Of a DNA stretch of 64,000 nt, positions 37,323 to 45,900 are shown piece by piece; the first letter of the stretch is position 1, and the number at the start of each line of letters is the position of its first letter. The notes below the pieces were generated by a model. That model ran no database searches and was not told the DNA's origin. It saw only the letters and a list, made by a program, of their open reading frames with translations. Made by a program: the position numbers and the translations under genes. This DNA is from a virus: the IMG/VR virus record IMGVR_UViG_3300021289_000001; one strand, 5' to 3'.

Positions 37323-38852
37323 TTATATTCCCCCAAGCAGACTTAAATAGATGCTGCTGTTGCTGTCGCTGAAATCGAACATATAACCACTGCCGCCGAT
37401 TACCGCCGCCGCTGTGCTTGGCATGGGCATTAAGTTGACGCCAGGTTGCACGCTTAGGAATATGCCGTTGCCGTTGTAGGCATCGCCGGCAATCCAAGCA
37501 TTATTCGGATCACACATATAGATGTCTTGTAGCCCAGCGTTGGCTGGTGTGCCTTGCAACTCCCAGTCAAAACCACCGTCAATCGTGACATAAACCGCGC
37601 CGCCGCTGGCAAAGTTAACGACCATGTACCCAAACAAACCCGATCGAAAGCGAATCGTGCGAATCTCGCCATTGCCGCTACCGGCAAATAAGCGCTGCGC
37701 CCACGTTGCGCCGCCGTCGTTGCTGTAGTACAGCAGACCGTTGACACCGCCGGTCCATAAGGTGTTTTCATCGATCACGGCCACCGTATTGAGCGTTGTT
37801 GCCGCTGGTGCGGTGCGCAGGGTCCACGTGTTACCACTGTCGCCCGTAGTCAATACAGCGCCATTAGCCCCGACCGCCGCTCCAACCGTAGCGCTAACAA
37901 AGCGCACGGCATATAAAGCGTTGCTTGTGGCAATGCCAGCATCTTGCGCCGTCCAAGTTAGCCCAGCGTCAATGCTTTTGTAGATATATCCGTTACCGCA
38001 CACAAGCCAGATGTTGTACGGATTAAGACAAAATAGACTGTTATGGTTTTGGGCATACTGGCCGTTGACGCTGCCCACGTTGACACTTGTCCAAGTGGCC
38101 CCAGCATCGTCACTGTAGGCGATTGCCATCGGACTACCGGCCCGTGTGGTGCCCAGCGCTACCATAACTCGGGTTGTAGAGCGTGCTGCCAAAAAGACGC
38201 CGATAGCGGCAATGTTTTCGTTGGTCGAGAATGGGTCCGTTGCTGTAGCTGCCCACGTTGCACCGTAATCGATTGTATAAAGCACATCCGCTGTTGCGCC
38301 GCTGCCGGCTTTACAACCTGCATAGCCGGTCTTGCAACTGTCAGTAAAGATGACCGATGTAATGCTGTTCGTCTCTACCGTCGTCTTGCGCACAATCGTT
38401 TTTTGTAGAATTCGGTAGACTGGCGGTAGAGCGCTAATGGCGTAGGAGACTAGCGAGAAATTGTCATCCTCACGGGTGTACAAATCGCTGGCCGTGCGCT
38501 CACCAATTCGAATGCTGCCTAGCACCCAAGACCGCACGAAGTTTAGAAACGCATCGGCGCGCCCCGCCTCACGCTGATGGATAAACAGGTTGGCATTGCT
38601 GCCACCGATTAAATCGAAGGCGTTTTGAATCCCTTCGATAAATGTGCTGATGCTAGTCGTCACCGGCTCAGGCGGCGCAATGGTTGTGCTTTTGACAATC
38701 CAGCCATAACCGGACGGATTGAAACAACGAATCAACGTGTCAATCTCGCCGCCCGGCTCCGTGAGCGCGTCCAGATCAACACAGCCGACAAACACCGGTC
38801 TGCCGTTGTCTTTCTGGATGAAGATAGCGCCGTTGGAAGTTTTTAAAATCAT
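37323..38852 (-). CDS. Second tail-tube-like/beta-propeller protein (paralog of 31882-33333)
   Basis: Colinear similarity: LKTSNGAIF, DALTEPGG, IRCFNPSG, SALPPVYRI, RVxVALGTTRAG. Confidence 0.75.
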   Translation of the reverse strand: MILKTSNGAIFIQKDNGRPVFVGCVDLDALTEPGGEIDTLIRCFNPSGYGWIVKSTTIAPPEPVTTSISTFIEGIQNAFDLIGGSNANLFIHQREAGRADAFLNFVRSWVLGSIRIGERTASDLYTREDDNFSLVSYAISALPPVYRILQKTIVRKTTVETNSITSVIFTDSCKTGYAGCKAGSGATADVLYTIDYGATWAATATDPFSTNENIAAIGVFLAARSTTRVMVALGTTRAGSPMAIAYSDDAGATWTSVNVGSVNGQYAQNHNSLFCLNPYNIWLVCGNGYIYKSIDAGLTWTAQDAGIATSNALYAVRFVSATVGAAVGANGAVLTTGDSGNTWTLRTAPAATTLNTVAVIDENTLWTGGVNGLLYYSNDGGATWAQRLFAGSGNGEIRTIRFRSGLFGYMVVNFASGGAVYVTIDGGFDWELQGTPANAGLQDIYMCDPNNAWIAGDAYNGNGIFLSVQPGVNLMPMPSTAAAVIGGSGYMFDFSDSNSSIYLSLLGGI

Positions 38853-38886
38853 AAGATATACTTACAACTGAAAGGAACACCGAAAA

Positions 38887-39186
38887 ATGACAGAATTAGA
38901 GCTATTGAAAAGAGCAGTCAATAACAACGTAGACGATGAATTTCTGCTTGATTACCTGGCCCATTGCACCGACAACGAACGAACTGGTCATGTCTCTGTT
39001 ACGATTGCTTGGCGGCCACTAGGTAATAATGAACCTTTGGTCGTTCTAGACCGTGATACGTTCAGTAATGCCATAGATGGCAGACCATGCGAGACGGCAA
39101 TCATCAACGCCGGATCTAACGTGTTCCCCATTGATGGCTGGAATGTTGCTATCCCTGAAAGCATTGCTAAAAGCCTTATCAACTGA
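38887..39186 (+). CDS. Moron-like hypothetical protein antisense to the late operon
   Basis: SD AAAGGA; AT-richer; only plus-strand gene in the module. Confidence 0.6.
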   Translation: MTELELLKRAVNNNVDDEFLLDYLAHCTDNERTGHVSVTIAWRPLGNNEPLVVLDRDTFSNAIDGRPCETAIINAGSNVFPIDGWNVAIPESIAKSLIN

Positions 39187-39315
39187 AAGGAAAACCGATG
39201 ATTAGCTCACCTGATAATCGCTATGGTGGATCTGGCGGCGGACCTAAAACCATAGATCTTTCGGCTTTAGTATCTAGTCCTGTACCGGTCAAGCTAATTG
39301 CAATTCCGTTACCCG

Positions 39316-39618
39316 CTACTTCTCCTGACTCAACGTCTGTAGAAACGACTGTGCCCCAGCCACGCCCAGCACAGTCAGCACCCACGTCTTAACCTTGGAC
39401 TGCGGCAATAGCACGAGTAAGAGCGCGGCGTACATGCCCACACAATGGGGGCAACTGACGCCGCGCCCGGTGTTGCTTTTGACTCTGCCGCGGATGTCAT
39501 AATCATAGGCGCCTAGATTCTTGCGCAGATTGATAAAGACATCCCCCGGCCCATCATCCATTGCGATGAGCCGGGCAATGCGGTAGGCGGCAAACACTAG
39601 CCAAATGCTATTCAGCAT
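39316..39618 (-). CDS. DUF1360-like membrane protein
   Basis: AAYRIARLIAMD...SCPHCVGMYAALL. Confidence 0.65.
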   Translation of the reverse strand: MLNSIWLVFAAYRIARLIAMDDGPGDVFINLRKNLGAYDYDIRGRVKSNTGRGVSCPHCVGMYAALLLVLLPQSKVKTWVLTVLGVAGAQSFLQTLSQEK

Positions 39619-40090
39619 TCTTGAGCGCCTCGATTTTCTCAACGATGAAATCAAGCGCGCCGGTGCGATTCTTGCCCGCTTGTTCCATATCGAACACTTC
39701 GATCCACTGTTCAAGCGTCAAATCAAGTTCTTTGATCTCGGCCACGGTCAACGTGCCGGGATCGACGTTAGTTGGCAACGTTGGCGCTTCCGGTTCGGTT
39801 GGTTCCTGCGGCGCTTCGTAGAGCTTGAACATACTGAGCGTGTTTTGTTTGCGGCTCAAAAACCAGTCCACATCAGCGATATCAACGTACTTGATGGCAT
39901 CGCGTTCGTTGGCGCCGAAGGTATAGAAGCGCCCCGAAGGTGCGCCCCCCTTGCCGCCCCACGTTTCAGACCCTACGTTGCCGCCGATGTACTCAACAAG
40001 CACCATGCCATCAGGTACATCGGCCAGCGCTGGTGCCATACTGCGCATTTGTTCTACTGCCACGGTCCCACCTCCTCCACAACAAGCCAT
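39608..40090 (-). CDS. Capsid-associated protein
   Basis: Follows the MCP; C-terminal LTVAEIKE...EQAGKNRTGAL helical motif common in this position. Confidence 0.55.
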   Translation of the reverse strand: MACCGGGGTVAVEQMRSMAPALADVPDGMVLVEYIGGNVGSETWGGKGGAPSGRFYTFGANERDAIKYVDIADVDWFLSRKQNTLSMFKLYEAPQEPTEPEAPTLPTNVDPGTLTVAEIKELDLTLEQWIEVFDMEQAGKNRTGALDFIVEKIEALKNAE

Positions 40091-40106
40091 AAGTCAAACC
40101 TCCGAA

Positions 40107-41777
40107 CTAGTGCGCAGTAATGAAGTTCTTCTGCGGGAAGGCGGCGCTATACGGACTCATAGAAATCGTGGGTCCAAACTGGCTGCAAGACACGTTTTGG
40201 ATACGTGCATTAGCCCAAGGTGTCCAACTTAGCAAGCGTGGCCGCATCTCAAGGAACCGGGTGTAACAGGTGTGAGCGTGGCGTAACCAGGTCAAATATT
40301 TGCCGCCGTCGAGCGCTGCGTAATACTGCGTGTCGGCAACTTCAACTTGGGTTGCACCGTTCAAGTCCAGCAACTCAAGTTCCATTAACTTCTGATTGCC
40401 GATTTGACCGGTCAACATGTAAATGTCGCCCTTGGTTGGAATCGTCACGATAGAAGCCGTGCCAACATCGGGTGAAGTTGCACCACTGGCCGCCGTATAC
40501 GTAAATGTAGTAGCGCCGGTAACGGTAACGGTCGCCGTCAAGTTGTATTTACTGTCGGTTGCGCCGCTCACGGTCACGCTGTCGCCTGTGGTCAAACCGT
40601 GAGCATAGCGGGTGGTTGCCGTAACGGTTGTCGAAGATTCGGTCAACGAAGTCAACTGAATAACACCACCGGTCATGGTGCCGTAGTCGTAGCTCATCAA
40701 CGGAATAATGTCGCCGTCTAATGTGATGTAGCCGCTGCCAAACATGCCACCATTGAGGCTGTTGCGGAATTGCCGCGCCTCGTAGGTGTTTAGATTTGTC
40801 TCGTTATACTGGCGCCCGGCGCAAACGCTCCAACAGGCGAAAGCATCCAACAAACAGCGGGTCAAATAGTTGGGCATAACCAGGATGACATCGCCGGCAC
40901 GGTTGGCTTGGCTCGCCAGCATCGGCGTTGCCATAATGCGTTGTTTGATTGTGCGATAAGCGAACAACAGCGCATCAATGAGGCTGTACGTAGAAGCCAC
41001 AGCGCCGCCGTTATAGGTGATACCGCTGCCGCCGGCGAACGTGTTGTTGTTCCAGTTGATGACTTGCGAATCCATCAGCGGGCAAGCATCGCCGTTCGAG
41101 TTTGTGTAGCCGGTTTTGATCAGCCGTTGAAAACCGTTGAATTGACCGCTGGTGCCGCTGTTGCCGTTGATGAGCATGGTGCGGAGGTCGCCAAGGATGC
41201 TCTCCATTGCCAGCACAGCGTCATATTCATCGACGTTCATAATTTGGCTGCCATCGATCCTGAAACGAGGCTGCGTAATGCAGTAATTCATTTCATTTTC
41301 GGTAGCGTCGCGGGTAGGTCCACCCCGGCGCAAGCGAGCAAAATCAGTCAGCGTGAAATCACAGACGCCATAATCAACGCCAGCCGGGTCAGCGCAAGGG
41401 TCAGATACCCAGCCGCTGGTAACACTGCCGCTGCTATAGGCGGCCCGTTGCCAAGCAATAAAGGAGCGCTTCACGGTGTACTGGTTGGTCAATCTAGCGC
41501 CCAGCCAATCCATGAGCATGTCACTACCTTGGAAAGATAGCGACAAGACATCTTGATCAGTACAGCGGTCAAAAAGGCCAAAGCGCCCGGTGGGGCTGGG
41601 CAGCGTGCTAATCGTGTCACGCTTGACCGGCTCGGCAAACACTGCCGGTTGTTCAACAGCGCTGCGCTGATTGAGAATTTGCGCACGGCTAGGCTTGACG
41701 CCCGCCGCTGGTACGCGATGCTCGGCAATGGCACGTTGTTTCACCGTTTGCCGTGCGGTTTTCAGTTCAATAGTCAT
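40107..41777 (-). CDS. Major capsid protein with Thr-rich insertion domain
   Basis: Follows protease/scaffold; NGNSGTSGQFNGF resembles the HK97-fold G/F motif. Confidence 0.75.
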   Translation of the reverse strand: MTIELKTARQTVKQRAIAEHRVPAAGVKPSRAQILNQRSAVEQPAVFAEPVKRDTISTLPSPTGRFGLFDRCTDQDVLSLSFQGSDMLMDWLGARLTNQYTVKRSFIAWQRAAYSSGSVTSGWVSDPCADPAGVDYGVCDFTLTDFARLRRGGPTRDATENEMNYCITQPRFRIDGSQIMNVDEYDAVLAMESILGDLRTMLINGNSGTSGQFNGFQRLIKTGYTNSNGDACPLMDSQVINWNNNTFAGGSGITYNGGAVASTYSLIDALLFAYRTIKQRIMATPMLASQANRAGDVILVMPNYLTRCLLDAFACWSVCAGRQYNETNLNTYEARQFRNSLNGGMFGSGYITLDGDIIPLMSYDYGTMTGGVIQLTSLTESSTTVTATTRYAHGLTTGDSVTVSGATDSKYNLTATVTVTGATTFTYTAASGATSPDVGTASIVTIPTKGDIYMLTGQIGNQKLMELELLDLNGATQVEVADTQYYAALDGGKYLTWLRHAHTCYTRFLEMRPRLLSWTPWANARIQNVSCSQFGPTISMSPYSAAFPQKNFITAH

Positions 41778-41818
41778 GTTCGTTTTCCTCTAAAAGTTGT
41801 CTCTACACGGTTTCGGTG

Positions 41819-43123
41819 TTACTTGCGCGGCCGCATGGCCTTTGCGCCATTTGCCGCTACTTGCTCTAAGGTCAATTCGACCGGTTCTGCCTGGTGAACC
41901 TCGCGCGGTCGATAAGTCACTTTGACGTTGCGCTGCGCCGGTAAGTCAGCAACCCACTCGGCTTGTTTCTGTTCCTCTTCGGCCTCTAGTGCGCTCAGAC
42001 GGCCATCTGTGGCATCGTCCATTTGCACCAGCGCCTCTTTGAGTTCATCAATCAGACTCGACAAAGCGGTAATCTTGTCACTGATGGGATTCAACACACC
42101 GGCGAAAGCGCCAGAAGCTGCCACGCTGCGCACGATGGCTTCGATGGCTGTATCGTCCAGTTCAATCACGGGCGCTTCGGTAGTTTCTTCGGTCGTCACT
42201 ACTTCTTCGGTCTTTTCGCCTTGACGGGCGATTAGGCCACGTTCGGTCACATCGTCGTTAATGTTTTTGACAGTGCCCAGATATTTGGTTAGTTTTTCCT
42301 CATCCCCAAACAGACTGCGCAGCGCCGCAAGTTTTTTCTTATCCATGCTCTCGTTGCTTCTTTCTACCGTTAAGCCGGTAAACCACGCCGCCGCATCAGG
42401 TTCGGGCAGCAGACTAATGCGGGTGTTTAGCCCCGCCGTATACACTGCAATTTCGATACTGTCATCCAGTTTTAGGTACTCAATCGCGCCCTCCACTGGT
42501 AAATATTCAATGCTTGCGCCCCACGCCGCTGGGTCAGTCTCCCAGGCTCGGATCGTTGCTTCGGTCAATGGGTGTCCATCGGTAAACAGGCCTGATCCGA
42601 TATAGGCGTAATCCTCACGTGCCAAGAAATCGAATTGCCCAAACTCGAAAGCCGGGTCAACTTCGCCCAAATGATAGAAGTCCAAGGTGGGATAGAAGCC
42701 GGTACTTTCGGCTCTGGAGATCATGTCGTCGAACAGTTTGGTACTGTCGATTTCGCCGCACCGATTGACAATGGCTGTAGCCGCAATCATGAAGAAGCGT
42801 GTACGGCCATCGGCTTGACGGATCACAGAAAAGGCGCTGCGGTTCACCGGCGCAAACGACTGTTGCACCGGCTCAAGTGGCCCCATCGTTACGGTGTCAT
42901 CGTCGGCAATGTCAATGCCCGCACGGTACAAAAGCCCCTCGTTGTTGTAGAGGGCATACAGGGCCCCGGCTTCGATGTAGATGCTGACGAAATAGCCGTT
43001 TTCGTTGCCGGTCCAACTGTACAGTTGAAGCTGCTGAAAAATCTGCTCAAGGCTGACGGCGCGCTCAACTTCGATAGGTTCAGGTTCAACGGGTTTGCGC
43101 TTAAAGAGGTCTTTGAATTTCAT
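41819..43123 (-). CDS. Capsid maturation protease/scaffold
   Basis: Position; DFYHLG and WGASIEY motifs; acidic coiled-coil C-terminus. Confidence 0.6.
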   Translation of the reverse strand: MKFKDLFKRKPVEPEPIEVERAVSLEQIFQQLQLYSWTGNENGYFVSIYIEAGALYALYNNEGLLYRAGIDIADDDTVTMGPLEPVQQSFAPVNRSAFSVIRQADGRTRFFMIAATAIVNRCGEIDSTKLFDDMISRAESTGFYPTLDFYHLGEVDPAFEFGQFDFLAREDYAYIGSGLFTDGHPLTEATIRAWETDPAAWGASIEYLPVEGAIEYLKLDDSIEIAVYTAGLNTRISLLPEPDAAAWFTGLTVERSNESMDKKKLAALRSLFGDEEKLTKYLGTVKNINDDVTERGLIARQGEKTEEVVTTEETTEAPVIELDDTAIEAIVRSVAASGAFAGVLNPISDKITALSSLIDELKEALVQMDDATDGRLSALEAEEEQKQAEWVADLPAQRNVKVTYRPREVHQAEPVELTLEQVAANGAKAMRPRK

Positions 43124-43138
43124 GGTTGCCTTTAGAAC

Positions 43139-43173
43139 AAAAAAAAAGAGCCTTAGAAATTAATCTAAGGCTC
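43139..43173 (-). terminator. Intrinsic terminator upstream of the protease gene
   Basis: GAGCCTTAGA-6 nt-TCTAAGGCTC followed by a T9 tract on the minus strand. Confidence 0.75.
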
Positions 43174-43289
43174 AAAGGCTCACAGTTATTTGGTTGTTTT
43201 ACGGGGAATCTTGACCGGAATTCCCCGCCGCATTCGATGCCGGTTCATCTAGCCGATGTGATCGGCGTTACACGTTTAATTGTGTTTTA

Positions 43290-43364
43290 TGGTAGCGGGT
43301 TTTGGAATTGAACCAAATACCTCATGGTTATGAGCCACGCGAGCTACCGATGCTCTAACCCGCT
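43290..43364 (-). tRNA. tRNA-Met(CAT), 75 nt with encoded CCA
   Basis: Full cloverleaf: AGCGGGT/ACCCGCT acceptor, GAGC..GCTC D arm, CTCATAA anticodon loop, TTCAATT T loop, ACCA end. Initiator, elongator or Ile2 identity not resolved. Confidence 0.92.
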
Positions 43365-43498
43365 ATATATTTGTTAGGGGCTTGCCGCGTCCCCTACTGG
43401 CCGTCCCTTTGTGTTCGCATTGGTTAGCGCCAACACAGATATACTAGATACCTCAGTCAGTTGGCCCGCTTCACGGCTCCCCGTCCTATGCTGTTTTA

Positions 43499-43566
43499 GA
43501 GCCGCCGCGGGAATTGAACCCGCTTTTCTACGATTCGAACGTATTTTCTGGATGCCTCCAGCGGTT
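43499..43566 (-). ncRNA. Degenerate tRNA-like element
   Basis: Perfect T arm GCGGG-TTCAATT-CCCGC, upstream stem-loop TACG-TTCGAAT-CGTA, weak acceptor pairing, no CCA. Confidence 0.4.
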
Positions 43567-43597
43567 CGCCATTACCCTGTTATCCGATGCGGCATAC

Positions 43598-43801
43598 TCA
43601 TGCTGTTTTATAGCGATGCGGGTTCGATAAAACTTCGATAAGTTCGGTGACTTGGATGCGGGCAAATTTTTGTTCTTGTTTATTGCGGTTGTGATTAACT
43701 AATTCAACCGTACCGCTTCGTTCTATCCGAAATACTTTCATGCCGTTGATAGAAACAAAGCCGATTTCATCTATCTGAATTTGCTGCATATCCCGCTCCA
43801 A
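43598..43801 (-). CDS. Hypothetical protein with its own promoter
   Basis: TTGATT-17-TATAGT promoter (43804-43832) overlapping the TTAGTTATTGA motif. Confidence 0.6.
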   Translation of the reverse strand: MERDMQQIQIDEIGFVSINGMKVFRIERSGTVELVNHNRNKQEQKFARIQVTELIEVLSNPHRYKTA

Positions 43802-43936
43802 ACACTATAGCATAAGATTTTACAAAAATCAATAACTAAAATTTTAGACGTTTGGCATGAACCGTGCTATACTTTCGGCAGGTTCCTACGCCTCGATAGC
43901 GCCAAAAATCAATTAAGATTTTTGGCGCTATCCTTT

Positions 43937-44545
43937 TTACCGATACTCAATTCTGCATGCACAATTACTTAGGCAAGGGGTTGCTCCTGCACAGGGCACT
44001 GTACCTAGTTCACCGATTTTAACCCAGCCTTTAGCCGCCAGATCCGCACATCCGCTACAGTTTTCTTTGCTTTCATCTAGCACCCAACGTTCCTCACCGA
44101 ACTCGCCAGATGCTTCGATGGCCGCCGCCGCTCCTTTGTTGGCAGCTTGGTTTGCGCTGTTGATATACATTTTCGCACGGGCAGCGATGGCATCCTCTGA
44201 CATATCTGGTAACGCTTTGGTAAAGTCGTTCAGATAGGCATACTGAGACTTGACCATAGATCCTATGCTTCCCCAATCCTTCGCTGTCATCTGCTCAAGT
44301 CCGCCACGGGACAAGACATATTGCCTAATGTACTCATCTTTGATTTCTTGCCGCATGACGGTCTTGAATTCTTTGGCGGCAAGCTCACTGCTTTTGTACT
44401 GCCCGGCCAAGCCGCCGGCAATGTCGCCGGTTGCGGCAATGGACGTGCGCGCCAAAGCGACAACGGTTTCGGCTTTGACAAACTTACCTTTGTTGTCTCT
44501 GTAGCGGGCCAGGGTAGGCGAGTAGGTGTAGGGCATTAATGCCAA
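43937..44545 (-). CDS. Minor head protein (Mu gpF/SPP1 gp7-like)
   Basis: RYRDNKGKFV; ERWVL...CSGC...CLSNCACRIEY. Confidence 0.8.
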   Translation of the reverse strand: MALMPYTYSPTLARYRDNKGKFVKAETVVALARTSIAATGDIAGGLAGQYKSSELAAKEFKTVMRQEIKDEYIRQYVLSRGGLEQMTAKDWGSIGSMVKSQYAYLNDFTKALPDMSEDAIAARAKMYINSANQAANKGAAAAIEASGEFGEERWVLDESKENCSGCADLAAKGWVKIGELGTVPCAGATPCLSNCACRIEYR

Positions 44546-44889
44546 GCCTTCGCAAAGTCACTGTCGGGATATTTGATTTTAACTTGTTCGACTAGCCAGT
44601 CGGCAACCTCTTGAAAATCATCACATAGCGGTGATGTTGCCGTGAAGCCGTTGAGTTCATCGCCCAGCTTGACGGTAAATCCAGCATCATAGAAATACTG
44701 AATATTGTAATTAATCTCGCTGGATGCAATAGCGCTCAGGGTGCCCAGCGGTAGCACCATGTCAGCCATCGCCAACGTCATACCCTCAAGTAGCGCATTG
44801 ATAAGCGCTTGGTACGCCTGGGGATTATTGCCGATGAGCTTCACGTTGTAGCGCACGGCGACTTCCTCGGCTATTTGCCGGTTGTTCAT
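44536..44889 (-). CDS. Hypothetical protein
   Basis: Coupled ORF. Confidence 0.55.
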   Translation of the reverse strand: MNNRQIAEEVAVRYNVKLIGNNPQAYQALINALLEGMTLAMADMVLPLGTLSAIASSEINYNIQYFYDAGFTVKLGDELNGFTATSPLCDDFQEVADWLVEQVKIKYPDSDFAKAWH

Positions 44890-45107
44890 GACTCACCTCT
44901 CATTAGCTTCTGAAAGGCTTCTAAGGTTATGTCGTCAACGGCGCGCGCCGTGCGTTGCCATTCATCCTCTAATTCGCTGCGCCTTACCCATTCAATGCCG
45001 TTGCGCCATATCATTACATAGCCATCACGGGCACGGCTCGCCATTGATAGCGCCGTGACAAGAAAACTGGCAATAAAGCCTAGAATAGCACCTAACAAAA
45101 ATAGCAT
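44886..45107 (-). CDS. Small membrane protein
   Basis: N-terminal TM. Confidence 0.55.
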   Translation of the reverse strand: MLFLLGAILGFIASFLVTALSMASRARDGYVMIWRNGIEWVRRSELEDEWQRTARAVDDITLEAFQKLMRGES

Positions 45108-45216
45108 TAGCCGTACCTCAGTAGATAAAGTAACCCGCCTAGCGCAAGACCGTTAACGACAGACCACCAAAGCACCCATCGCCCCTCGTTGAACAGCGCT
45201 TTCCAGTTCCAGTGGA

Positions 45217-45507
45217 TCATGGTTTATACCTATAGTTTTCTAATGGAATCCAAACGCCCTCTTTGACTTCTATCAGGCAACCGCCGTCAGCATCATAGCG
45301 CCAGCGAAAGCCCATGCTTTTTGTCTTGGCTTGACAGATAGTGAGATTACGCTGATAAACGTTTTCCCCCGCTTTTGTTGCGATGAAATTCATGCACCAC
45401 ACAATAAAAAGACCACAGATGACAAAGAGAATGCCGTAGATAAGAAGCGCTAAAAACCCGCCAAACCAACCTTCTAAATCAAAGATTTCGCCCAGCGATT
45501 CTTTCAT
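45217..45507 (-). CDS. Membrane protein
   Basis: TM segment plus Cys-containing domain. Confidence 0.55.
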   Translation of the reverse strand: MKESLGEIFDLEGWFGGFLALLIYGILFVICGLFIVWCMNFIATKAGENVYQRNLTICQAKTKSMGFRWRYDADGGCLIEVKEGVWIPLENYRYKP

Positions 45508-45899
45508 TCGATATCCTTCGTCAGTCCGAACGTAAGCAATCCGCTAAACGACGCAACTAGCGACGGCGCAAAAGCTTTGGCTAAACTGTACTTCATGTCG
45601 TTCATTGCCTTAGTAACATCGGACACAGCGTCGGCAAGTGTTTGCGGTGATACTGGCAATGGCTCGCTCAAGTCTAAGCGCCCCCATTCGCCGCGTTCCT
45701 CGTAGGCTAAAAGGTACTTCATGTCATCTTTTGACAACAAAGAAAACCAGCGCCAATAAAATTCAATTGCGTCAGAAAACAGCACTTGCGCCGCATGGTA
45801 AGACCCCACCAAGCGCGCCTCGTGCAACATAGGCTCTATCGGCTTGACTTCCTGTTTGAACAGTGGACCCATATCACTTGAAAACGGACCTAGATACAT
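45504..45899 (-). CDS. Hypothetical protein
   Basis: Coupled to the portal. Confidence 0.55.
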   Translation of the reverse strand: MYLGPFSSDMGPLFKQEVKPIEPMLHEARLVGSYHAAQVLFSDAIEFYWRWFSLLSKDDMKYLLAYEERGEWGRLDLSEPLPVSPQTLADAVSDVTKAMNDMKYSLAKAFAPSLVASFSGLLTFGLTKDIE

Positions 45900-45900
45900 C

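Noticed and set aside
31882-38852. Diversity-generating retroelement template/variable repeats
   Set aside because: No reverse transcriptase; paralogue differences are not adenine-specific and span whole genes.
41800-41808. Exact 9-mer match to spacer TCTCTACAC (and 8/9 hits near 5685 and 8456)
   Set aside because: Single 9-mers are expected by chance many times in 64 kb, and partner spacers do not match alongside.
43499-43566. Functional tRNA-Ser(CGA) or tmRNA
   Set aside because: Poor acceptor and D arms, no long variable arm, no CCA and no tag ORF; kept only as tRNA-like.
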